The notes beneath the pieces are model-generated. The model had not been told where the DNA came from and did no database searches. It saw only the letters and a program-made list of their open reading frames with translations. Source: Octopus sinensis (lineage: Eukaryota). Taken from it: a DNA stretch of 64,000 nucleotides. The translations under genes were made by a program, and so were the position numbers. Of this stretch, positions 49,163-62,379 are shown one piece after another. Location: positions 93,186,001-93,250,000 of the forward strand of contig NC_043000.1 in assembly GCF_006345805.1 (NCBI RefSeq), written 5' to 3'. Position 1 is the stretch's first letter, and each line of letters begins with the position of its first letter.

Positions 49163-49330
49163 ATGTGTGTGTGTATGTGTGTGTGTACACATAAAAATGT
49201 GTTTCTAGGCTATTCCAATTTTTAAATGTATGTGTAGAGACATACAAAATTACGGATAGATACTCATACACACACATGTATATGTACATATACATACGCA
49301 CATATATCTGTGTGTATGTATGTATGTAAG

Positions 49331-49377
<47 letters not shown>

Positions 49378-49451
49378 ATATATACATATATATATATACA
49401 TATATATATACACACAATATATACTTATATGTATATATCTAAGTATATATA

Positions 49452-49487
<36 letters not shown>

Positions 49488-50155
49488 TGTATGTATGTAT
49501 GTATGTATGTATAAAAAGTGAGAGAGAGAGGGAGAGTGTGTGTCAGATAGATAGATATATACACACACACACACACATGTATGTATGTATGTATGTATGT
49601 ATGTATGTATGTATGTATTTGCATATATATGTGTGTGTATGTTTATGTATGTGTGCATATATATATCTGTGTCTATGTTCATGCGTGTGCAGATAGTTTT
49701 CAATCCATGTTTTTGCTTGTTTTGTGGTTTTTTAAACTGAAACTTTTCCCTTTCTCCATCTCCCCCATTCTCTCTCTCTGTCTTTCACTCTCTCTTATTC
49801 TCTCTTACTCTCTCCCCCATTTCATTCTCTCTCTCTCTCTCTCTTTCTCTCTTTCTCTGACTCTCTCTCATTTTGTAATTATAATTCCTGTTATTATTTT
49901 CGATATTGTTTTTCTCAGTGGTATTCATTGGCGGCGGGTTGTCACCATTTATCTTTTGACTCTCACAGCTCACCCTCTCACTTGCACTCTCGTTATCTCC
50001 CTCTCTCTCTCTCTCACTTCCTCAGCAAATCATCTTATCTTGTTTAATACTCCCCCAACATCCCCTCCATATCTTTACTTCCTTCTTTCTTTTCTTTGCA
50101 TTCTCTTTCTCCATCACCTTTTCTCTTTGTCCTGTCTCTCTTTCTTGCTCTTTCT

Positions 50156-50194
<39 letters not shown>

Positions 50195-50789
50195 TCTCTC
50201 ACCTCCTACCTTACTTTTCATCACTTGGGTAAGCTTACCTATTTAACACTCACCTAAATTGCAGCCCCCAACCAACCCCCACCCCTAACCCTCCACTCAA
50301 CCCCACCCCCCATCTCTAACCAACAGACTGTGAAATTTTATAGGTGTCGGCTTAGGGGATGACATTATTGGAGCCAGCGTCAGTGGGAGGAACTAAACTC
50401 CTACATAATTTCAAAAATCAACCAATGCACACACACTTACACACACACACACACACATATTTTCTTATCATATATGCACACACATAATATGCATAACTTA
50501 CGTATGCACCTGTACATAAGCAAAGTTATACGCTTCAAAGAGAGACTTTTTCTACAAAGACCACTCTTGATGCTAGAAATAGCAGCTGAAATATGTCTAG
50601 AAATGTCACACCATGATGTCTTGAAAAACGAAGGACACTCTGTATAATGGAATTCTAAATTTACTAAAAGACAAAAATGGTCAAGGTTGAAGCATGTTTA
50701 ATCATCAATCTTGCTTAATCAAAGTGACGGAACAAAGTAAAATCAAAGACAGTCAGAACATAATCAGACACATACATACGCAAACTCCT

Positions 50790-51350
50790 TAGTGGTATAT
50801 CCCCTGTTGCTATGTTCTGAGTTCAAATTGTGCTGAGGTCGACTTTATCTTTTATCCTTTCGGGGTCAGTAAACCAAGTACCAGTTGAGTACTGGGGTCG
50901 ATGTAATTGACTATCCCCCTTCCTCAAATTCTAAAACCTTTTGCATCATCATCATCATCATCATCGTTTAACGTCCACTTTCCATGCTAGCATGGGTTGG
51001 ACAATTTGACTGAGAACTGGTGAACCAGATGGCTGCACCAGGCTCCAATCTGATCTGGCAGAGTTTCTACAGCTGGATGCTCTTCCTAATGCCAATCACT
51101 GCCAATAATAAAAAGGATTATTATTATTAGTAGTATTATTATTATTAAGGCTGGCAGAATTGTTAGTGCACTGGACAAAATGCTTAACTGTACTTTGCCC
51201 GTTGCTACATTCTGAGGTCAAATTCTTCCAAGGTCATCTTAGCCTATCATCCTTCCCAGGTTGATTAAATAAGTGCCAGTTGAGAACGGGTCAATATAAT
51301 CGATTTCATCCCCTACCCCAAAATTGCTGCCCTTGTGGTAAAATTTGAAA
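50790..51350. mobile_element. Cluster: SINE C (50790-50945), family E fragment (50945-51100, minus), SINE C (51145-51350)
   Basis: Consensus motifs. Confidence 0.75.
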
Positions 51351-52140
51351 CCATTATTATTATTGTTATTAGATGAAAACTCTCAGCTTATTTCACTGGG
51401 TATGATGGAAAGAGTCAGCTGTCCACAACCAGCTGGCTTAGATGATACTTGTTTACTGGTCATGCTTCAAGAACTCTGCAAAGAATTCTTGGAGTTCCAA
51501 GCAATGCTGAATTTTATGGGGATGCTATCCTTACATTTGTACCCATCTGTCTGAGCCATATTGGTAATTGTGTGCTGAGACTCCCAAATATGCCAGTTAC
51601 TATTTGTATCATATCAACTCTCCTCGCTGACCACAAACTTCATATTTCCCACTTCAAATCATTCTAGTTGTTCAGTTTTAATTCTTCTTTTTCTTTGATC
51701 CTGTTGTCACCGCGACATACTATGTCGATTATCATGCAGGTTTTTTTTTTATTCTCCACAATAATGTTCAGTTTCCAATGTCTGGTCAGGTGATCACACT
51801 GAATCATTTCATCCCACAGAATTTTACAATCTTCATTCTCAGTGTCTCCTTCTGAGGTTTGTACATACCACGTCTTTGCTCTTTGTAGGCTATGATTTCC
51901 ACAGAGCTCCCAATGGAACATTCTAGCCACATTGTTATTTTGTCTTCTGTAATTGTGTCATGCCAATTTTTGGCATTCACTAATGATGTGCCATACCATT
52001 TCACCCCTCTTACCACACATTCTACATCTATTGCTGTCAGTAGTGTTGTCAATTCTACACTTCACATTGTTAGTCCTTAACACTTGTTCTTGTGCTGCAC
52101 ATATAAGTGCTCCTGTCTCCATCTTAGTGTCACTTCTTCT
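51350..52140 (-). pseudogene. RLE-endonuclease LINE (R4/NeSL-like): CCHC knuckle, RLE domain and 3'UTR
   Basis: ALICAAQEQVLRTNNVKCRIDNTTDSNRCRMCGKRGEMVWHIISECQKLA; CKILWDEMIQCDHL..CMIIDIVCRGDNRIKEKEELKL; SALLGTPRILCRVLEA*. Confidence 0.88.
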
Positions 52141-52159
52141 CATCCATCATCATCATCAT

Positions 52160-52380
52160 CATAGCAGTGAGCTGGATGAATTGTTAGCATGCCATGCAAA
52201 ATGCATGGTGATATTTTGTCCATCATTACATTCTGAGTTTAAATTCCACTGAGGTTAACTTTGCTTTTCATCCTTTCAAGGTTGATGAAACAAGTACTGG
52301 TTAACCACTGAGGTCAATGTAATCAACTTACCCACATCCCCAAAACTGCTGGTCTTGTGCCAAAATTTGAAATCAGTACT
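52160..52380 (+). mobile_element. SINE family C
   Basis: gcagtgagctggatgaattgttagcatgcc.. Confidence 0.8.
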
Positions 52381-52697
52381 ATTGTCATTAAAGCAGAATT
52401 ATTAGTGCACCAGGTACTGCATCAGGGCATTATTATTATTATTATTATCATAATTATTGTTATTATTATGTACAGATGAAAAGCATAGTCAACCTTGCCA
52501 GAATTTGGTCACAGAATATAACGACAAACAAAATACCATTAAACATGAAATGATGAAATGCATCATTGACCTCGATGGAATTTGAACTCAGAATGTAAAG
52601 ACAGACGAAATGTCACAAAGCATTTTTACCCAGCCATGTTAAGAACTCTGCCAGGTTGCCAACTTAATAATAATAATGATGATTATAATAATAATAA

Positions 52698-53084
52698 TAA
52701 GAGCACTCAGAGAGTGCAAACCTCTGCCAAGGTAATACCAATGTAATACCAACGTCCTCTCAACAATTAGCCAGAGACGATTTTTAAAATGAGAATATCT
52801 GACATAAACTCGACTGCTCACACAAATGAGAATATTGAAAATGAACCCAACTGCTTTCAAAAATTAAGTAAAAAAAAACAAGAAAAATAATCCAGAATCC
52901 TTGTTCAGTACCGGATCGATCCCCAAATCTAATGAGTTTGTGCTAGTCATGAGGCCAAACATCTCTGAAAGTTTTATCCAAATTCATCCAGCATTTCTTG
53001 AGATATTTTGTCTATAGATGAACAAACAAACAAACACAACTGAAAACAATACCTACATTTTCACTAAGACGGAGGTAATGATAA
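52698..53084 (-). mobile_element. Helentron-like non-autonomous element (HINE), apparently complete
   Basis: rc ttatcattacctccgtcttag..(gttt)n..ccttggcagaggtttgcactctctgagtgctctta; subterminal IR and 3' stem-loop. Confidence 0.7.
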
Positions 53085-53340
53085 AAATAACAGCAACAAC
53101 TACAGCAATAATAATAATAATAGTGAGAGATGAGCAGACAGGTAGGTAGATAATCAGGTAGACAGGCAGAGACATATAGATGCATGTAAGTTTGTATATG
53201 CACATGTATATGCGTGCATTGATGTGTGTTTGTATGTATGAATGCATACATGTGTGTATAAAATCAATATGTAAGAGCAGAAATCATGGGAACTTCTGCA
53301 AATTCACGCATGCATACATGCAGACACACAGAAGCACACG

Positions 53341-53372
<32 letters not shown>

Positions 53373-54419
53373 GCAAAAACACATAGAATACAAATCCACA
53401 AGCACCCAAACTCTGATGTACAAGCTGACTTTCATTTACGTGCAAGCCCTAAGACACTGATGCTTTGTCTCTCCCTTCTTCTTCTCTTTTTATCTCTCTC
53501 TTCCTCTCTCCTGCACTCACGTACACACACACAAACACATGTACACGCACTCATACACACTCATTTGCATGTATAGATAAAATTCTCATGGAACAGAAAT
53601 CCACAGATACACACACATGCAAGCCCTCAAGCTGTCACTCTCTCTCTCTCTCTCTCTCTCTCTTACGCACATACACACACACACACACACAGATACCAAC
53701 ATAGATACATACACACACACACGCACACACACACATGTTTACATATGCAATATAACTAACAAATAATCATTACTAAAATGAAGACATATTTATCAACAGC
53801 TTCCATTTATCTCTTAAGTTTTCAGATCCCAGACTCCATGCTCAGATTCTTCAGTAATTTCCAAGAATCAGAACGAGACTCGAGTTATTGATGGCTATAA
53901 TAACCCTTTTGGTTAACTTGTCAATTTAATTTACTCAGGTCAACAAACATATTTTAATGGTCGACAACTAAATTCCGTCTCATATAAATTTCATAAAGAT
54001 ATATTAGTTTCACCGATTGCTTTTTCTTTTGGCTTGTCAGCTTGTCTTCTGAGGTAATTGCAGCACCATATGCCATGCTAAATGAATTGGTTTCTCTGAT
54101 TTTTGACCTTAACCGTTTTTTTTTTCCTTTCACCTCCGCCCATTCCCCAATGGTTTTCTTTCATTGCAAGAATTTGTTGGGTATTTAGTGAGTTTCACTC
54201 AATTAATTTCTATTGTAGCTAATTACAATCCATTTTATTTGATTTGGTTTGCTTGTATAACAAGAATTACTTGATTTCGCTTCTGCCGTTTCTGCAGACA
54301 ACACTCTGGTATGAAACCCCTGCAAAGCTGTACAAAGACAAACCAAGCTAAACTAATCTGAAATGAATGGTTGTTGTCCAGTTAAACAGGAAACTGTGAT
54401 GTCTTAATACAGCGGGGAT

Positions 54420-54523
54420 CATTCGATGTGTCTGCAAGTATATATGATATATGTAATAAATATATATATATTTACATATATATATATATATGTAGGTATG
54501 GATATATATATATATGTGTATAT

Positions 54524-54568
<45 letters not shown>

Positions 54569-54645
54569 GTATATGTATATGTGTGTGTACATATATATAT
54601 ATATATATGTGTGTGTATATATATATATATATATACACACATATA

Positions 54646-54709
<64 letters not shown>

Positions 54710-55038
54710 TATGTATGAATGTATGTATGTTTATATGTATATATATATATATTTGTGTTTAAATGTGTGAGTATATGTTTATACATACACACACACACAA
54801 ACATATATGTATGTATGTATATACATATGCAGGGTAGAGCAATCAGATATATATAAAGAAGGTGGGATTTACTATGAAAGATAAAGTAAAGGAAATTGTC
54901 CAGAAGTGAAAACATACAAACATAGACATATACAAAACCAAAATACAAACATATTACACGAACATTCATACAAGCACACGCACGTATATTTACATGTATG
55001 CATGAACTCATGTATGTGTATATGTATACATACATATA

Positions 55039-55082
<44 letters not shown>

Positions 55083-55104
55083 TATATTATATGTATGTAA
55101 CATA

Positions 55105-55150
<46 letters not shown>

Positions 55151-55250
55151 TCATATGTTCATATATGCATACATAATATGTATATATAAATATGTGTATG
55201 TGTGTATATATATATATATATATTATATATATATATATAAATATATACAT

Positions 55251-55307
<57 letters not shown>

Positions 55308-55525
55308 TGTATATCTGTGTATATCTATGTATGTCTCTTCTTCTCTGCTGCACTCACGTACACAATATATACACACTCGTATGCATATATAGACAAAAAT
55401 CTCACAGAACAGAAATCCAGAGATACACAAACACAGAAGAGAAAGCAGACTTCACATACATGCAAGCCCTCAAACTGTCACTCTCTCCCTTTCTCTCTCT
55501 CTCTCTCTCTCTCTCCCCCTCTCTC

Positions 55526-55557
<32 letters not shown>

Positions 55558-55813
55558 GATACAAACATAGATACAACAATACAAACCCGTTTATCTATCT
55601 ATTTATCTCCTATATTATATATATATATATAATATATATATATATAGATTAATATATATATATTGATAAAACCGGTGAGATAGCATTTATGATATTATGG
55701 CATACATAATATGTATATATAAATGTTTATATTTATACTTATATATATATATATGCACACATATATGTATGCTTGTATATCTGTGTGTACGTACCCATCT
55801 ATCTATCTATCAG

Positions 55814-55854
<41 letters not shown>

Positions 55855-55960
55855 ACTTATATACATATATATGTATATATATTTAGATGGATAGATAGAT
55901 ATGTATACATACATATATATGCATATCTATATGTATCTATATGTATCTATATCTGTGTGT
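54420..55960. repeat. Long compound (TA)n/(TG)n/(CT)n microsatellite block
   Basis: Seen directly. Confidence 0.9.
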
Positions 55961-56584
55961 GTGCATGTGTGTGTCTATATATATCTACACACACACACAA
56001 TTGCACGCATATATGGCAGCAGTTTTCTGAACCATGACACTGAAGATCACTTGACTTAAGAATACAATTCATTAGGGCAGTGAAAAAGATATACAATTTA
56101 CTGATTTATTTTTATTTACATTTTAATTCATTTATTATATATATTTTTTAAAACCTTTTGCTCATAAATGATCAATATATATAATGATTTCCGCTTGATA
56201 ATTTACTCAATATTAAGTTCCTAATTTCTTTCATTTTAAAAAAGACATCTTCAACATATGTAGATTTGTCATGGTTGAATAAATTTCTAAGTACGTAATG
56301 ATGATTTCGCATATTTCTCAGACAGAGCAAATGAAAGGAAGCTAAGTAAGAAAACAACAAAAAAATATTAATTTCTAGACATTGGAAAATATACAGGCAT
56401 AGCAATATGGTTAAGAAGTTTGCTTCTAAACCACATGGTTTTGGGTTCATTTTCACTGTATGGCATCTTAAGCAAGTATCTTACTATTGCCCCAAACCAA
56501 CTAATATGTTGTGAGGGACTTTGGTAAACACCGTGTGTGTGCCCTCAGTGTGAAAATCAGGTAACCTTTAATTACTATTTTATT

Positions 56585-57130
56585 TCATTATTTTATTTTT
56601 ATTTCATCTAGTTTCAGCTCATGAGCTGTGGCCATGCTGGGACACTGCCATTTGGTGTTGCTACATAATTTTACTTCACAAATGCTTTTTAGCAATTGAC
56701 ATTTGGTGCATGAGAGAGTTTGATGCAGCTGCCCTCATCTGCACCTCCTGCCGCAAAGTTGGTTCATCTGGGACACCTGACAGGAAGACATCCAGCTTTA
56801 TTTTGAAGACACCTACATCCACCCCATGCAAGTCTCTCAGGTCCTTTTGGGGGATATTGAAGAGCTGTGGACCTCTGAAGCCCAGGCTATTGCAGTATCT
56901 TGTCCTACATCTTGATGGCAAATTTGGAGTCCTTGGCACTATGCAGTGGCGCCCAGTTCTAGTATTTGTGTAACTCTCGATGCCAAAGTTCTGACAAGTC
57001 CTTCCAGGATCTTCCAGTTGTATATTATGGCATATCTTTCTCACCTACACTCTAAGGAACAGAGTCTTAATCTCTTGAGTCTTTCCCAATAGCTTAAATG
57101 CTTCGTGTAGCTTCGTTGGATTGCCTCAAG
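56585..57130 (-). pseudogene. CR1/L2-group LINE 3' end with 3'UTR and A-rich tail
   Basis: SYWERLKRLRLCSLE..; GIESYTNTRTGRHCIVPRTPNLPSRCRTRYCNSLGFRGPQLFNIPQKDLRDLHGVDVGVFKIKLDVFLSGVPDEP..AASNSLMHQ; tail cagcatggccacagctcatgagctgaaact. Confidence 0.88.
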
Positions 57131-57699
57131 TTCTGAGATTAATTTGACACTGGTTGGTGACCATAGCCTAGAGCAATAGTCAAAGTGGCTTAGGACAAGT
57201 GTCTTAGACAAAGTGGCTTAGAACTATTAGAATTTTACTGATGGTCTTCTACATTATGTACATTTTACTCAGTTTCAGTTACAAAGGTACTTGCCCAGTA
57301 TGGAAGATGTAAGATGCCACATGCAGTGGCATTAGATCCTTGATCCTGTAATTGCAAAGCAAACTGTTTAATCTTTAACCTTTCAAGTATGTGTGTCTGT
57401 ATTTTATAAATATCACATTCACACACACACGCACACATTTATTTATTCATTAATATATATCCTCTCACAAACTCATGCACATATACACACATATAAATAT
57501 ATATCAACGTATAGATTCATGTATGTATGTCATTATTCAGTTTTTATTTCAAGATTTCTTGCCAATAAAGAAAGAGCTGGTTTCTAACCTAGATCCAAGG
57601 CTCCTTCATTGGAATTTCAGCAACACCAACAGGGTATTTTTGTATATATGTAAATGTACAAATTTGCAAGTTTTGTTTTACGCATGTATTTTCATGCAT

Positions 57700-57914
57700 T
57701 TACTTGTTTCAGTCATTTGACTGTGGCCATGTTGGAGCACTGCCTTTAGTCGAGCAAATCGACCCCAGGACTTATTTTTTGTAAGCCTAGTACTTATTCT
57801 ATCGGTCTCTTTTGCCACACCACTGTGTTATGGGGACGTAAACACACCAGCATCAGTTGTCAAGCGATGTTGGGGAACAAACACTAACACACAAACACAT
57901 ACACACACACACAC

Positions 57915-57957
<43 letters not shown>

Positions 57958-58118
57958 TACGACAGGCTTCTTTCAGTTTCCATCTACCAAATCCACTCAC
58001 AAGGCTTTGGTCGGCCCAAAGCTATAGTAGAAGACACTTGCCCAAGGTGCTACGCAGTGGGACTGAACCCAGAACCATGTGGTTTGTAAGCAAGCTAATT
58101 ACCACACAGCAACTCCTC
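57700..58118 (-). mobile_element. SINE family A, full length
   Basis: Consensus motifs. Confidence 0.9.
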
Positions 58119-58129
58119 TAGACATGATC

Positions 58130-58612
58130 ATATATACTTAAATGATAAACTTTCAGATTTTTAGAGTTCCTGTGATGGATTGGATTTGTAGTCTTTCCAC
58201 CAGTACTCCTTCTATGCTGTGGGTTCTTATTTCTTTTTCCTCAGGGTTATCCTTCCAGTGGATTTCATTACAGAGTGTTCTAGCTACATCATTTCTCATT
58301 GGTAGATAATACTGTAATGATATTTTTAGACAACTGCTTATGATGTGAATGATACTTTTGGTGTTAACTCCACAAAGTCTGCATTAGTTATCACATATTT
58401 CTGCTTTTCCTGCACCTCTGTCCCTTTTGTGCATCAAGTATTTGGTTGATGTTTCCTGTTCCTGGATTGCAAATGCATACCCTCTAAAGTGAGAGTTAGT
58501 AATCTGGTTGTTGGTCCATGATTGACTGCTTTAGTAATCAATATTATTATCAACTCAGAGATTTCTATTGAACATATCAATGCATGGTCTTCTGCTGATA
58601 TATACGCATCCT
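58130..58612 (-). pseudogene. Second RLE-type LINE family fragment (CCHC knuckle)
   Basis: ..EGYAFAIQEQETSTKYLMHKR.. / ..DN*CRLCGVNTKSIIHIISSCLKISLQYYLPMRNDVARTL. Confidence 0.75.
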
Positions 58613-58624
58613 TTCATCTGATGG

Positions 58625-59045
58625 TATAAGGCAGCAAGCTGGCAGAATCGTTAACACGCCAGGCGAAATGCTCAGTGCTATTTCATCTGCCGTTACGTTC
58701 TGAGTTCAAATTCCGCTGGGTCGACTTTACCTTTCATCCTTTCTGGGTCGATAAACTAAGTACCAGTTACACACTGGGAGTCAATGTAATTGACTTAATC
58801 CATTCGTCTGTCCTTGTTTATCCCAACTGTGTTTAGCCCCTTATGGGTAGTAAAGAAATAGGTATTTCATCTGCTGCTACGTTCTGAGTTCAAATTCTGC
58901 CGAGGTCAACTTTACCTTTCATCCTTTCAGGGTTGATTAAATAAGTACCAGTTATGCACTGGGGTCGATGTAATCAACTTAATTCGTGTGTCTGTCCTTG
59001 TTTGTTCCCTCAGTGTTTAACCCCTTGTGGGTAGTAAAGAAATAG
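58625..59045 (+). mobile_element. SINE family C tandem dimer (complete unit plus headless second unit)
   Basis: The body restarts at 58861 ggtatttcatctgc.. directly after tail aaagaaata. Confidence 0.85.
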
Positions 59046-59492
59046 GTGTGTTGCGGTAGAGTCGTGCATGTATTTAAGGTTATCAGACAAGGAATGCTGC
59101 TCAAGGAGCCGCATTCCAAGTCTTATGATGTTATCAGCCTCATGTATACAAACTTGGTCAAAGGATGCACTTCAAAACTTAGTGTTTAATATGTATGTAT
59201 CAATGTATTTATGCATGTGTGTGTGTGTGTATGTGTATGTATGTGTATGTGATAGCATTTTGACGCACCTCCAAATTACTTGCAGCTACATTGATACAGG
59301 ACATGTTCACCTTGTCAGATGTTTGGGGAAGAGAGTTTAATAAAATTGAAAGTGGCTTTTATATATTCATGGTTCCATTGGACAGCTTAAATCACATGGC
59401 TGTTTATTCTATCAAAGGAACATAAATTACTTTCTTAATCTTTAATTTTTTAGTCTATCTTTATATATACACTGGAGTACCAATATGCAAAT

Positions 59493-59745
59493 ATATTGGG
59501 TTGGCAACTAAGTTCACGCCGTTATTTTAAATTTTGGAATCTATTTTTTTCGAGAATTCTATTTTTGAATCATGGGAAAGTAATAGAAATGAAACTAATA
59601 TATATAAAGGTACATAATGAAAGTAATTGAATATGAAACCATATAATAGTGAAAGTATTAATACAGATGTTATTGTTTCACTTTCGACATGTAATACGGA
59701 AACTGTGTATAATATGGAAAAGAGATAAGAGATTGTTCTAGGCTC
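59493..59745 (+). mobile_element. mariner left end
   Basis: TA-ttgggttggcaactaagttcacgccg TIR-like start. Confidence 0.55.
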
Positions 59746-59922
59746 ACCTTAGGCAAGAAGTTAAACCTTTTTTGGCCCATAACACTGCTTTGGGCCCTAA
59801 ATAAAGCATGTGTAAAATCTGAATGAAATCAGTTGGGTAGTTCGCAAGTTTTAGTGATACACACATACAAATACACAGACAGACCGACACACATTCTCAG
59901 CTTTATACATATGCATACATAC

Positions 59923-59976
<54 letters not shown>

Positions 59977-59989
59977 TGTGAAGATGAAT

Positions 59990-60305
59990 GGTTCAGTGGT
60001 TAGAGCATCAGGCACACAATCATGAAATAGTGAGTTTGATACCCCGAATACTTTGTGCATTGTGTTCTTGAGCAAGACACTTTATTTCTCATTGCTCCTG
60101 TTCACTCAGCTGTAGAAATGAGTTACAATGTCACTGGTGCCAAGCTGCATCAGCCTTTACTTTTCCTTTGGACAACATCGGGGACACAGAGAAGGGAGGC
60201 TGGTATGCATGGGTGACTGCTGGTCTTCGATAAACAACCTTGCCTGAACCTATGCCTCAAAGGGTAACTTTCTAGGTGCAATCCCATGGTTATTTATGAT
60301 AGAAT
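59990..60305 (+). mobile_element. SINE family D, full length
   Basis: tggttcagtggttagagc..ttgtgttcttgagcaagacac..ctaggtgcaatcccatgg. Confidence 0.85.
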
Positions 60306-60966
60306 AATCTGAATTTTAAAGGGTTAAGCAATAAACCCCAAGTAAGCCACGTGCTTGTATTAAGTGACTGGGGCAGCATGTACAAATGGTTTGTTAGAAT
60401 CCATTTGTGCATTTCATGTAGCTTGCAGATTTTCATGTTTTATAGAAAATAATATTTCTCGTATTTTTTGCTAAAAGTAAAACCATGAATCAATAAAAAC
60501 AAGACAAAGTGGAAAATACATGAATGCACACGCACACACACACAAATACACATAGACACTTACACACACATACATGGCTACATATTTATGTATTTGCAAT
60601 TGATTGATGAACAAATAAAACATCATTTCATGCCTTTACATGGAGTTTGGATGTGGCTTAGAATGGATTACACCTATTTATATGTATTTCAATTATTCAT
60701 GGAATGAATAATTTGGTTAGCAAAAAGGGCTCCTGAACATATTATGCTTGTATATGTATGTATGTATGTGTGTGTGTATGTATGTTTGTATGTATGTATG
60801 TATGTATGTATGTATGTATGTATGTATGTATGTATGTATGTATTATGTATGTATTTACATATGTATATGAATATAATACAAATATATATATATATATCTA
60901 TATACATGTATGCATATATACATATATAGATAGCTGCATATGCATATACATATAATATATATATAC

Positions 60967-61029
<63 letters not shown>

Positions 61030-61078
61030 ATATGTATATATATATATATATATACTATATATGTACATACATATATAC

Positions 61079-61119
<41 letters not shown>

Positions 61120-61134
61120 ATATGAGGTAAATTG

Positions 61135-61475
61135 GCTGATGCCGGTGACATGTGAAAAGCTCCTTTTGAGTGTTGGGCTTCACAGAGTCAATGACCAAGG
61201 CCTTTGGCATTATGTCATGCTTGAGAAGAAGACCCATCAAGCCAAGTATAATTGCAGTTGTGGCAGATACTGGTGTCACGCAAATGGCACCCATACCATT
61301 GGCATGTTAAAGCACTCATTACACTCTTAGATTGGCTGGCATTAAGAAGAGCATCCAGCCATAGAAACCATGCGAAATCAGACTGGAGTCTGGTGCAGCC
61401 TTCCAGTTTGCCAGATCTGGTCAAACCATCTAACCCATGCCAGCTAGGACAATGGATACTAAATAATGATGATGA

Positions 61476-61478
<3 letters not shown>
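61135..61478 (+). mobile_element. Repeat family E variant
   Basis: ..catccagccatagaaaccatgcgaaatcagactggagtctggtgcagcc..aacccatgccagc..gatgatgatga. Confidence 0.75.
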
Positions 61479-61519
<41 letters not shown>

Positions 61520-61737
61520 ATATATATAAAAACACACACAGATGAGAGAGTGGACAAACAAAAGAAAAAGGCACTTAATATATTTTGTAGGAGTTACATG
61601 TATTGTTATTTAAGGATTTTGATGACAGTTTGAGTCAGCCCCATGCAAATTAAAGTTTTGTAAGTTTGTTACAGGAGCTTAGCTTGTTTGGTTAGGTTCA
61701 TGTAATGAGCCTATGAAACTTAAAGTTGTTAGGGACC

Positions 61738-61770
<33 letters not shown>

Positions 61771-61789
61771 TATTATAATAATTATAATA

Positions 61790-62060
61790 ATAATAATCCT
61801 TTCAACTATAGGCACAAGGCCTGAAATTTTGGGAGAGGGGTTCTAGTTGATTACATCAGCCCTAGTGTTTCACTGGTATTATTTTATTGACCCCGAAAGG
61901 ATGAAAGGCAAAGCTGACCTCAGTGGAATTTGAAATCAGTGCGTAGTAATGGGTGAAATACCACTAAGCATTTCACCCAGTGTGCTAATGATTCTGCTAG
62001 CTCACCTCCTTTATAATAATATTAATAATAATAATGATGATAACAACAACAACAATAGTA

Positions 62061-62095
<35 letters not shown>

Positions 62096-62310
62096 CCTTT
62101 CTACTAAAAGCACAAGGCCTGAAATTTGGTGGAAAGGGACTAGTTGATTACATCAACCCCAGTGTTTCACTTGTATTTATTTTATTGGCCCTGGAAGGGT
62201 GAAAGGCAAAGTCGACCTTGGTGGAATTTGAACTCAGAATGTAATTATGGGCAAAATGCCACTAAGCACTTCAGCCAGCATGCTAACGATTCTGCCAGCT
62301 TACCACCTTA
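61790..62310 (-). mobile_element. Two tandem SINE C copies (tail type 2) separated by (TAA)n
   Basis: ggcacaaggcctgaaattt..ggatgaaaggcaaag..ttctgctagctcacc, twice. Confidence 0.85.
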
Positions 62311-62379
62311 ATAATAATGATAATAATAATGATGATTATGATGATGATGATGATGACGACGACGATTTCATTTATTTGC

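Noticed and set aside
50265-50315. C-rich tract (G-quadruplex potential on the minus strand, one CCCTAACCC)
   Set aside because: Short low-complexity patch adjoining CT repeats; no evidence of function.
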